Of a DNA stretch of 64,000 nt, positions 1 to 8,560 are shown one piece after another; positions within the stretch are counted from its first letter, which is position 1; each line of letters opens with the position of its first letter. The notes under the pieces are model-generated. The model saw only the letters and a program-made list of their open reading frames with translations, did no database searches and was not told the DNA's origin. The stretch is from Clostridiaceae bacterium (lineage in GTDB: Bacteria; Bacillota; Clostridia; Saccharofermentanales; DTU023), in NCBI GenBank assembly GCA_012838135.1, contig DUPV01000048.1, positions 13,546 to 77,545 on the forward strand, read 5' to 3'. A program made the position numbers and the translations under genes.

Positions 1-1058
1 GACCTGCCAAAAGAGATCCGGATACTTTGGATACTTTTGTTTGTTCGTCTTGGTATCAATTCAGATTTGTCGATAATAAGAATGATCAGACAATGTTTGA
101 TAAGACTAAAGTTAATAAGATGTGTCCGGTTGATCACTATATTGGCGGAGCAGAACATACAACGATGCATTTATTATATTCCAGGTTTATAACTAAAGCA
201 CTGCGCGATATGGGTTATCTGGATTTTGACGAACCGTTCCAAGCCCTGACCCATCAGGGAACAATTTTGGGGGCTGATGGCAGAAAAATGTCGAAATCTA
301 TAGGTAACACTATTTCACCCGATGCTTACATCAATAAATATGGTTCCGATACATTGCGTTTGTTCCTGGCATTTGCTTTTTCTTATGTCGACGGCGGTCC
401 GTGGAATGATGATACTTTAATAGCAATCACGAAATATATGGGCAGAATTGAACGTTTTGTAGCTGAATTGATTGAGCAGATAGAGCAAAAAGATCAATCA
501 TTGTTAGGTACATGGGCAGCTGATGTGAATTTTGATCCTTGGCACAGCACAGACTTGACTAAAGCTGAAAAAGAATTAAATCGGGTCAAAAACTATACAA
601 TCAAAGAAGTTACACGTGATGCGGATAAATTCCAATTCAATACATCAATTGCACGTTTAATGGAATTACTCAATGCTTTGCAGGATTATGTCAAAGAAGA
701 GAATGTAAAATTGGACTTAGTCTATCAAACTGTTTCCGACTATTTAAGACTGTTAGCTCCGTTTGCTCCTCATTTCAGTGAAGAATTATGGGAAAGCTTA
801 GGTCATCAAAATACGAGTATTTTCTATGAAAAATGGCCGGAACATGATGAAAAAGCTTTGATTACTGATACAGTAGAAATTGCTGTTCAGTTCAACGGTC
901 AATTAAAAGGGCGAATTAATATAGCCAATGATGCAAAACAACCGGAGGTTGAGGAGCAATTAAAAGCTATGCCGGAATTTATAACATGGCTTGGAGACAA
1001 AACCGTCAGAAAAATAATTTATGTTCCGGGCAAAATCATCAACGTTGTAGCTAATTAA
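1..1058 (+). CDS. leuS: Leucyl-tRNA synthetase, C-terminal ~350 aa (5' end outside window; reading frame 3)
   Basis: Contains DTFVCSSWYQFRF, the class-I KMSKS loop (RKMSKSIGN) and a LeuS-type C-terminal domain. The frame is open to the window edge. Confidence 0.93.
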   Translation, partial: PAKRDPDTLDTFVCSSWYQFRFVDNKNDQTMFDKTKVNKMCPVDHYIGGAEHTTMHLLYSRFITKALRDMGYLDFDEPFQALTHQGTILGADGRKMSKSIGNTISPDAYINKYGSDTLRLFLAFAFSYVDGGPWNDDTLIAITKYMGRIERFVAELIEQIEQKDQSLLGTWAADVNFDPWHSTDLTKAEKELNRVKNYTIKEVTRDADKFQFNTSIARLMELLNALQDYVKEENVKLDLVYQTVSDYLRLLAPFAPHFSEELWESLGHQNTSIFYEKWPEHDEKALITDTVEIAVQFNGQLKGRINIANDAKQPEVEEQLKAMPEFITWLGDKTVRKIIYVPGKIINVVAN

Positions 1059-1089
1059 CGTAACATCTTAGCCTGTAAGGAGAAACTAC

Positions 1090-1926
1090 ATGAAACAAAA
1101 GAACTCAGCAGCTTTGGTAGTAATTAGAGGAATGATTAGTTTTGTTTTGGTTTTCATTTTACTTTGTTCTGTCTCGTGTGAAAAAGGTGACAGTGCAAAA
1201 TTCAGTAAAAACACTCAATCGGAACATTCTGAAAGAGCAAGCAAAACTTGGAAGAAAGTAGTTTTTACAGAATCAGAACAAGGATCAGATAAAAATTCCG
1301 AAACCTTATCACGAAGTGACTCAAGTGGAGCAAATACTGAAGAAAGCACTACTGCAACCGCTCAGACAACAACTAAAACTACAGATGAAACAACAGCAAC
1401 AACCGCTCCGACAACTACGACTGCCCCGCCAACGACCGCATCAACTACTATTGATCTGGGTAAATATACAGCAGATCAGCTGGTAGGAGAATGGGAATCT
1501 TATCTAACTGTAGACTATTATTCTGAAAAATCTGAATCCGGTGTAATGGATAATATTTGGTCCGAAGAAATTGTTTTTGCAACGACTCTGACACATATTT
1601 CAGGTAATAAGTTTACAATTTCTTTAACTCCGGTCAGGTATATACTAGATTATGAAGAAGCTGATATGAATGGGATGCGTCCGGGACCGCTCAATTATGA
1701 AGCAGAAGTAAATAAAGATGTATTATCTTTTTCGCTGGAATCTGAAACATTTGCTTTTGAAGAGTTCTATGATAAAGGATTTATTAAACCTTTAGACATT
1801 AAATTAGAACTGGATAAAGGAGAATATTTATTCGGTCTTGTTTATGTTACTGAAGAAGCGAAAATTGACGGTTTACCTTCAATGGCCAGGGTATCATTTT
1901 ATATTACTAAATATATATCAACATGA
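1090..1926 (+). CDS. Hypothetical secreted protein or lipoprotein with Thr-rich linker
   Basis: N-terminal hydrophobic signal ending in VSC (possible lipobox), a T/A/P-rich linker (TTATAQTTTKTTDETTATTAPTTTTAPPTTASTT) and GGAG upstream of the ATG. No family recognised. Confidence 0.55.
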   Translation: MKQKNSAALVVIRGMISFVLVFILLCSVSCEKGDSAKFSKNTQSEHSERASKTWKKVVFTESEQGSDKNSETLSRSDSSGANTEESTTATAQTTTKTTDETTATTAPTTTTAPPTTASTTIDLGKYTADQLVGEWESYLTVDYYSEKSESGVMDNIWSEEIVFATTLTHISGNKFTISLTPVRYILDYEEADMNGMRPGPLNYEAEVNKDVLSFSLESETFAFEEFYDKGFIKPLDIKLELDKGEYLFGLVYVTEEAKIDGLPSMARVSFYITKYIST

Positions 1927-1959
1927 TGGTCAAAGCATCCGTTCTAGATTCCGATATTT

Positions 1960-2799
1960 ATGAGTAAACCGAGTATTTTAAAAACAAAAATTATACCGAC
2001 AATTGTAGCACTCATTCTTCTTTTAGCAGCTATAATACAGATATTTGTGCCTTTGCTGGGAAAGGAAACAAGCGCCAGAGAAATTAAACGTGAGATCGTA
2101 GAGCGGGATCGCGATGAGCATCCGAATCTTCAGTATGAATGGGCAATCTATTACGAGTATACGGATTCGCAAGGTGGCAAGCATACCGGAGTTCACAGAC
2201 AAAACGGCAATGCAACGGGGAGCAATGTTCGGGCTCCGGGAACAGTTTATTATCTTTCTTTTTTACCGAGTTGGAATGTTGCAAATATTAATAACGGAGC
2301 AGGTAATTTGTTGAGTGGCTTGATTTTTTTATTGCTCGGAATATTGATATTGGTCGCAACTTTTAAAAAAGGCGGCAAGAAAAAGAAAGCCAAAACTCAA
2401 GCAATACAAAGTCAGAATACGCACCCGCTTCCGGGAAATTATCCTAACCAATATCCGGGGCAATGTTATTATCCAAACCCAATAAATAATTCAAACCAAA
2501 CTGTTTTTAAAAATCAAAATTCGTATCCCGGGCAATATTATCAGCCGTATCCGGCTAATTATCCTGAACAATTAGATAATTCAAATAAAACTGTTTATCC
2601 GAATCAGATTGTGAAATCACAATTTGTCGAAAATAATCATTCTTCTATGAGATTTTCAGACCAACAACAAACGCAATACAACCAATATCAAAAAGATCAA
2701 TGGCAGTGTCCGAGCTGCAGAAAATATATTCAGGGTAACTTCTGCAATAATTGCGGATTTCCGAAAAGAGAATCCGCAGACATTGAAACGCCTGTTTGA
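1960..2799 (+). CDS. Membrane protein with DUF3592-like N-terminus, Q/N/P/Y-rich low-complexity region and C-terminal zinc ribbon
   Basis: Has an N-terminal TM helix, a second TM helix (LLSGLIFLLLGILILVATF) followed by KKGGKKKKAK, and a terminal CPSC...CNNC motif. Confidence 0.55.
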   Translation: MSKPSILKTKIIPTIVALILLLAAIIQIFVPLLGKETSAREIKREIVERDRDEHPNLQYEWAIYYEYTDSQGGKHTGVHRQNGNATGSNVRAPGTVYYLSFLPSWNVANINNGAGNLLSGLIFLLLGILILVATFKKGGKKKKAKTQAIQSQNTHPLPGNYPNQYPGQCYYPNPINNSNQTVFKNQNSYPGQYYQPYPANYPEQLDNSNKTVYPNQIVKSQFVENNHSSMRFSDQQQTQYNQYQKDQWQCPSCRKYIQGNFCNNCGFPKRESADIETPV

Positions 2800-2905
2800 G
2801 TAGTTTATTTATGATGGTTTCAACATCTGTTTTTATATATTTGATAAATAACATTTCCTGTGATAAACTAATTTTCGTTGATTTACTAATACATGCAAGA
2901 TAAAC

Positions 2906-2997
2906 GGAGAGTTGGCCGAGCTGGCTGAAGGCGCACGATTGGAAATCGTGTTTACGTTAATAGCGTAACGGGGGTTCAAATCCCCCACTCTCCGCCA
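2906..2997 (+). tRNA. tRNA-Ser (anticodon GGA), encoded CCA end
   Basis: Cloverleaf read by hand: acceptor GGAGAGT/ACTCTCC, anticodon stem CACGA/TCGTG with loop TTGGAAA, long variable arm TTACG/CGTAA, T-arm GGGGG-TTCAAAT-CCCCC. Confidence 0.9.
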
Positions 2998-3006
2998 GAT
3001 CCGGAT

Positions 3007-3049
3007 AAGGTAGCAGCTTTTGAGAGAAGGTTTGCTGCCTTTTACTTTT
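3007..3049 (+). terminator. Putative intrinsic terminator after tRNA-Ser
   Basis: AAGG(tag)CAGC ... GCTGCCTT stem followed by TTACTTTTG. Confidence 0.45.
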
Positions 3050-3121
3050 GCTAAAATTTTTGATTGTAAGAGGGGATTGTTTGTCTTGTCAATCGCAGAA
3101 GAAGCTTGATATACTGTGAAT

Positions 3122-3259
3122 ATGTTCAAAAGGGAAGGAGAATATAGATCGGGAACGCTTAATAAAAAGGCTGCAATATCCGTCATAGCGATTATTGCCG
3201 CATTTATACTCCTTTTGGTCTATGCTCCGATGTTTTACATGAACGGTAATATATCATAA
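3122..3259 (+). CDS. Possible 45-aa single-TM micro-protein, possibly leaderless
   Basis: ORF MFKREGEYRSGTLNKKAAISVIAIIAAFILLLVYAPMFYMNGNIS is not in the supplied track. TTGTCA-18-(TGa)TATACT at 3086-3115 puts the predicted +1 on the ATG. Confidence 0.25.
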   Translation: MFKREGEYRSGTLNKKAAISVIAIIAAFILLLVYAPMFYMNGNIS

Positions 3260-3345
3260 AGAGGAAAATAATCACAAAGAATGTTTATTTCATAAACTTA
3301 AGTTGATGCAGTTGTAAAACTTTCTGACAAGAATATGGGAGTTAA

Positions 3346-3828
3346 TTGAAAGTGAAAATCAGAAAGAATAATGGATTTACCCTAATGGAAGTTCTTATCG
3401 TGGTCGCAATCATTGCCGTCCTTGTAGCGATAGCTATTCCTATTTATAATGGCTTGGTAGAAAAGGCCAGGGTCGCGGCGGATGCCACAACCATGAGAAA
3501 TGCCCAAACCGCGTTTGTAATTCAGGAATTGACGACAGGCATAAAGCCCTCGGAGAGAGCTATTTACGACATCGTAAGCAATACATTCATTGAAAGGGAT
3601 GTTTATGATAAGGCAGGAGGGTATAAAACGTATAAGTTTTACGGTCAGGCCTATAATAAGGAAGGCGGAAGGGCTAAAAATGGGGAAGGTGACCCTAGCC
3701 AAGGTACAAACGCCCATATATATGTCGCTCATGAACTCATAGTCAAATCTGGTGAGAACTACGGCCCCGAGGTTTTGGTCTGGTGGGCCGGAAAAAAAAG
3801 TGCATATCCCGGAGGGTGGGGTGATTGA
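3346..3828 (+). CDS. Prepilin-type N-terminal cleavage/methylation domain protein (type IV pilin or pseudopilin-like)
   Basis: Has the KNNG/FTLMEVLIVVAIIAVLVAIAIPIY class-III signal with Glu at +5. TTG start with GGGAG RBS. Confidence 0.8.
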   Translation: MKVKIRKNNGFTLMEVLIVVAIIAVLVAIAIPIYNGLVEKARVAADATTMRNAQTAFVIQELTTGIKPSERAIYDIVSNTFIERDVYDKAGGYKTYKFYGQAYNKEGGRAKNGEGDPSQGTNAHIYVAHELIVKSGENYGPEVLVWWAGKKSAYPGGWGD

Positions 3829-3918
3829 AAGCTTACACCCATACCCTCGATTTGTACCCAAATATAATTTTACTGTATAATTTACATGGTAAATAAACAA
3901 ATAATCTAGGAGAGTTAA

Positions 3919-4875
3919 ATGAAAGAAGAAATTTTTAAATATGATAAGTATTCTCTTGTAACACGTTCTGATTTTGACGGCTTGGTATGTGCCATGATAT
4001 TAAAAGAAATAGGAATATTGGATGATATAAGATTTGTGCATCCTAAGGACGTACAAGACGGCAAGGTGGAATTAAGCGATAGAGATATCACTACAAACCT
4101 TCCTTACGACGATAGGACAGGGATAGTCTTTGACCACCATGAATCGGAGACCATTAGGAATAAAGAGACTCTCGGAAAAGGAAACTATATTATAGACGGA
4201 AAAGCAAAAAGTGCTGCAAGAGTAGTGTTTGATTTTTTCGGAGGTAGAGGGAATCCTAAGCTCAATCGTATTTCCGATGAAATAATGGAATACGTGGATA
4301 AGGCCGATGCCGCTGAATTTTCAAAAGAAGATATATTGAACCCTCAAGGTTGGGTTTTTTTGAGTTTTTTGATGGATGCAAGGACAGGACTTGGAAGATT
4401 CCGCAATTTTACCATATCTAATTACTATCTTATGATGGAGCTTATAGATAATTGCCTGGAGAATGATATAGATGCAATTTTGGAACTGCCTAACGTCAAA
4501 GAGAGAGTCGATTTATACAATGAGTATAGTGAGAAATTCAAAGAGCAGCTTAAAGAAATATCTACAATAGATGGAAAGGTAGTTGTTGTAGACCAGAGAA
4601 ATCTTGAAACAATATATCCGGGCAACAGGTTCTATATATATGCAATGTATCCTGAGATAGAAATATCTATACATCTTACGACAGGATTCAGAGGTATGAA
4701 TACACCTATAATGATAGGGAAATCCATAATCAATAGAGCGTCACAGATAGATATAGGTAAGATTTGTCTAAAATACGGTGGCGGCGGACATAAAAATGCC
4801 GGTACATGCCAAGTTGATAATGACAAAGCTGATCAAGTCACTAAAGAGATAGTGGAATATATAAATAATAATTAA
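3919..4875 (+). CDS. DHH/DHHA1-superfamily phosphoesterase (NrnB/COG2404-like)
   Basis: Contains SDFDGLVCA (DxD-type motif), FDHHES (DHH motif) and C-terminal GGGGHKNAG (DHHA1 GGGH motif). Confidence 0.75.
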   Translation: MKEEIFKYDKYSLVTRSDFDGLVCAMILKEIGILDDIRFVHPKDVQDGKVELSDRDITTNLPYDDRTGIVFDHHESETIRNKETLGKGNYIIDGKAKSAARVVFDFFGGRGNPKLNRISDEIMEYVDKADAAEFSKEDILNPQGWVFLSFLMDARTGLGRFRNFTISNYYLMMELIDNCLENDIDAILELPNVKERVDLYNEYSEKFKEQLKEISTIDGKVVVVDQRNLETIYPGNRFYIYAMYPEIEISIHLTTGFRGMNTPIMIGKSIINRASQIDIGKICLKYGGGGHKNAGTCQVDNDKADQVTKEIVEYINNN

Positions 4876-5086
4876 TATTAATCCATTAGGGCGGGCCCCT
4901 CGCCTCCATATATTTACATTTTCTTCTTCGTCCTTAATATTGCTTCACGGATGCCTTGTTAAGATACTCCACACCAAAGGCTTCTAGCAAGAAATCCTCT
5001 TTTGCATTGACCGTCCGCTAATAGAGCATCATAGCCGCCAAAACAGAAACAGCAAGTAATACCCGGTTAAAGAACATTAAAATGAG

Positions 5087-8000
5087 TCAAAATACCTGTA
5101 TCATTTCGTTTTTAAGAAATTCTTCAAGCGCTTCCGGCGGCAGGGGCTTCGAATAATAGTATCCTTGTATTTCATCGCAAGGTATACTTTTCAGTAAATC
5201 CGCTTGCCCTTTTGTTTCAACACCTTCAGCCGTAACACTCGCTTCGAAAATCCGAGCTAACGAAATAATATTTTCTGTTAAAGGAGCCCCTTTTCCTTCT
5301 ATTTCAATATAATCTATGATTTCTTTGTCTATTTTCAATCTGTCAAAAGGTACCTGTTTTAACCGATTTAATGTCGAGTAACCTTTGCCGAAATCATCTA
5401 TAACAATATGGACTCCCAATCCTTTCAATTCATATATTTTTTTGAGTACATTTTCAAGGTCTTTAGAGAACAAACTTTCTGTAATCTCCAACTCGATATA
5501 TTTCGGATCTACCTGACTTTCCTCTATAATTTTTGCAAAATCAAGAATAAAATCTGCATCTTCAAATTGCACAACCGATAAGTTTATAGAAAAGCGAAGG
5601 GGAGGAAATCCCTTTGTAATGAGTTTCTTATGTTCCAGAAGCGTCTGCTCCAATACCCAGAGTCCCACATCATAAATTAATCCCGTCTGTTCAAGTATTG
5701 GAATAAATCTATCCGGCGGTACTCTCCTGTTGTCGTCGATCGTCCATCTGAGCAAAGCTTCAACCCCGACGGTTTTTCCCGTATCACAGCTGATCTGAGG
5801 TTGAAACTCCAAAAAGAACTCTTTGTTGTCCAACGATTTAAAAAGCTTATTCGTGAACAAGGTGTTTTCCGCAATATGGCTTCCAATTCGCTCTGAATAG
5901 AATACAATATCTTCATTGTTTTTTACCGCTTCATAGCCTGCCAAATCGACGCTCTGTGAAAAAGTCATTAAATCCCTTCCGTCATCCGGATACACCGATA
6001 TGCCTATGCGGGGCACAACAAATAATGCTTCTATCTCCAGATCAGTCGATATGGGATGAGAAAAAGCAGCAAGCAATCTGTTAGCGCAGCCTTTTATCTG
6101 TTCGGTGCTTTCTACATCGGGTAAAATAAGGACAAATTCTCCATCATTTGTCCTTGAGATAGTACATGAGGGCTCTAACAGATTTCTAAGCATTGTCGCA
6201 GATTTCAACATTACTTGCTCGGCTACATCATAACCGAAGGTATCTTTAATCATCCTGATGTTTGCGAGTTCAATATTTAAAAGTGCTATTTTACCTGATT
6301 CTTTTCTGTCACGAATACTTTCCTCAAGTGTTTTTCTTAACATGTTTCTGTTCGCTAATTTTGTGGTTTCATCAAAATACGCGACATCATATAGCATTTC
6401 CTCGTAAAATGTCTTCTTTCTTGCATCCCCCAACAGATTCACAAGCATGTTTAAAAAGTTCAAGCGATTTTTGATGAGGTTCTTATCACTCCGGTCGTAA
6501 TATTCAAAGACAAGCATCCCTTCTATCGGTCCGTCTGCGAGTTGCAACGGATATGCAAAAAAGGAGTATATCTCTCTTGAAATGAGAAAATCTCTCGTTC
6601 CCTCACATTCATCAAAGGATTTATCTGTGAGGTTTTCACACATCATGGGTGTACCCTTGACAGTCAGAATTTTAGCCATGGGCAAGTCATCCATTTTAAC
6701 TTTCATTCCCGGATGATAGGGAAGTGAATTGCTCTCTAAATTTTTCGTATATGTGCTGAATACATTTGCCTCGTCATCATCCTCGCGGAATCCGATTAAA
6801 TATGCATAATCAAATTCAAGAATCTCAGCAGACATTTTTAACATCTGATCAACTTTTTCTTTAGCGTTCTCACTGCTAATCGTAATAAAATTGGTCGAAA
6901 TAGCTTCCAGCACTTGTTGTTCTTTTATTAACTTTTTATGTGCATCCAGCTTTAAAGTATATTCTTCTGCCAATCGCCGCACGGCAAAATAAGTAAGAAT
7001 AACAAGTGCAATTCTTGTCATATACTCATTTATATCGATGGTGACAGTAACTGCCGGGTAAAATGCTGAGAAATATACCTGAATTAAGATTACCAATCCG
7101 GCATAGATCATGAGATGGATTTTACTGTCGAGGATAACGGTAAACATAAAGAACAATATATAGATTGACCATATGGTCACCGCCCCTGTATCGACATTTC
7201 TTAAAATTATAAGGAATAAACTATAGGTGCCTGCAGCCAGAAACAAGGTATTCTGAAGGGTATGATTTTTCGTTATACGCGGTATGGATCTTACAAAGAT
7301 TCCAAGTGATAATAGAGTCGCTGCTATCAAAATTTCTTCTCTAATCGTTTTTTTCATGGCAAAATATCCTATGAAAAACGATAACGAACTGCCCGCTGTA
7401 AATATAGACGCAACCGTCCGAAACATGCGCATTCGATCTGCATCTGCGAGTTGGCCACTTTTTAAGGGCAAGTATACTTCCGCAGGTCTCTTAAGAAGCA
7501 GGCCGGATTTCCTCAATGTAAAAGAAAGCATTGTCACGGGCAGGATAATAAATATGATTACCGATTTGGGAACATACTTTATCCCGAGGAGTTCGGGCAC
7601 AGTTTCTGTCGCTATTCCCAAACAGAAGGGAACCAGTACGGATATTAAGAAATTCCTTGCCAGCCGCTTCTGAGGATCCTGAGGATCAATTCTGAGCCAC
7701 CAGCGAATAAGTAATAAAACACTTGTAGTCGCAAAGACCAAGTAGTATGAGATAAGCCAAATATTCACCGCGTTGCCGGAAAGTATATTTACCCAGCCGA
7801 AATCGGATTCCACCATGTGGTATTGCTTCGCCCCAAGATATCCGAAGGGCGCAAACAAAAGTATATTTATTACAGCGGGCAAATAAATTATAGTGTGCAA
7901 AATCCACTTGCGAATTGGAATTTTAGTTTCTGTCAGAAGCAGTACAAAGTGGAGTAGGATACTGTAAAAAACTCCCCATCCGAAAACGGAGAGGCATTTC

Positions 8001-8215
8001 CAAAATGCACTTGCTTCCGCCGTAGGCGCTGAAGTTGAGAGGGAGTATGAGTATGCCCAGGACCCCGTTGAACTCATTAAAAGTACAAACAGCCTGTTAA
8101 CACGGCTGTTTGCGTTGACATCTACTGTATATGTGCCGAAACCCATATAAATAAAACCGCAGAGATAGTACAAAATTGACAAACTTAAGCTATATTTCAT
8201 AACCTTATCTCCCAA
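5087..8215 (-). CDS. Polytopic membrane sensor with degenerate GGDEF and intact EAL domain (likely c-di-GMP phosphodiesterase)
   Basis: About 400 aa of TM helices and a GAF-like middle region. The GGDEF position reads NDGEF (6134-6148). EAL signatures are present: EALLRW (5753-5761), ELEITES, DDFGKGYS, LKIDKEII, AEGVET, QGYYYSKP. Confidence 0.9.
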   Translation of the reverse strand: MGDKVMKYSLSLSILYYLCGFIYMGFGTYTVDVNANSRVNRLFVLLMSSTGSWAYSYSLSTSAPTAEASAFWKCLSVFGWGVFYSILLHFVLLLTETKIPIRKWILHTIIYLPAVINILLFAPFGYLGAKQYHMVESDFGWVNILSGNAVNIWLISYYLVFATTSVLLLIRWWLRIDPQDPQKRLARNFLISVLVPFCLGIATETVPELLGIKYVPKSVIIFIILPVTMLSFTLRKSGLLLKRPAEVYLPLKSGQLADADRMRMFRTVASIFTAGSSLSFFIGYFAMKKTIREEILIAATLLSLGIFVRSIPRITKNHTLQNTLFLAAGTYSLFLIILRNVDTGAVTIWSIYILFFMFTVILDSKIHLMIYAGLVILIQVYFSAFYPAVTVTIDINEYMTRIALVILTYFAVRRLAEEYTLKLDAHKKLIKEQQVLEAISTNFITISSENAKEKVDQMLKMSAEILEFDYAYLIGFREDDDEANVFSTYTKNLESNSLPYHPGMKVKMDDLPMAKILTVKGTPMMCENLTDKSFDECEGTRDFLISREIYSFFAYPLQLADGPIEGMLVFEYYDRSDKNLIKNRLNFLNMLVNLLGDARKKTFYEEMLYDVAYFDETTKLANRNMLRKTLEESIRDRKESGKIALLNIELANIRMIKDTFGYDVAEQVMLKSATMLRNLLEPSCTISRTNDGEFVLILPDVESTEQIKGCANRLLAAFSHPISTDLEIEALFVVPRIGISVYPDDGRDLMTFSQSVDLAGYEAVKNNEDIVFYSERIGSHIAENTLFTNKLFKSLDNKEFFLEFQPQISCDTGKTVGVEALLRWTIDDNRRVPPDRFIPILEQTGLIYDVGLWVLEQTLLEHKKLITKGFPPLRFSINLSVVQFEDADFILDFAKIIEESQVDPKYIELEITESLFSKDLENVLKKIYELKGLGVHIVIDDFGKGYSTLNRLKQVPFDRLKIDKEIIDYIEIEGKGAPLTENIISLARIFEASVTAEGVETKGQADLLKSIPCDEIQGYYYSKPLPPEALEEFLKNEMIQVF

Positions 8216-8560
8216 AAATGCAATTCTCTCAGCTTACCATAGGTTTCTTCTTGCTTGTTTACATTTTTAAGCAGGTTCTGCATTTTTCTCGTATATTTAT
8301 GATGCTTTGAGATCTTTCGCATATTATATAATATCTTCTAAAGAATTCAAATTATTTATATTCTTCACCGTCAGTAATGTCAAATTATGCAGGAGCGAGA
8401 GACAGACTAATTTGCATTTAGTGTGACTTGTTTTTTGGTCAGATCGTCAACAATGCCTACATCCAATCCAAGTTTCTTGCAGAACGCGATGTGTGCCTTG
8501 GACGGACAGGGCTTTTTTGAATAATAATCAGGGGATTCAGGCAGGTAGTTTACAATTAGC

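Noticed and set aside
2833-3186. 117-aa minus-strand ORF from the track
   Set aside because: It runs antisense through tRNA-Ser and its terminator. It has no RBS and an odd composition, so it is spurious.
3382-3900. 172-aa minus-strand ORF
   Set aside because: It is fully antisense to the pilin gene, which has a diagnostic prepilin signal. There is no independent support.
4935-5077. Minus-strand mini-ORF MFFNRVLLAVSVLAAMMLY-TAG-RTVNAKEDFLLEAFGVEYLNKASVKQY, a signal-peptide-like start interrupted by an in-frame TAG
   Set aside because: It is tempting to read it as stop-codon read-through or a pseudogene. However, it has no RBS, is very short, and nothing else in the window suggests TAG reassignment, since many genes end in TAG.
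7284-7673. 129-aa plus-strand ORF inside the GGDEF/EAL gene, and similar antisense ORFs at 5677-5916, 6262-6474 and 7686-7907
   Set aside because: They are antisense or alternate-frame to a 1042-aa gene with clear domain motifs.
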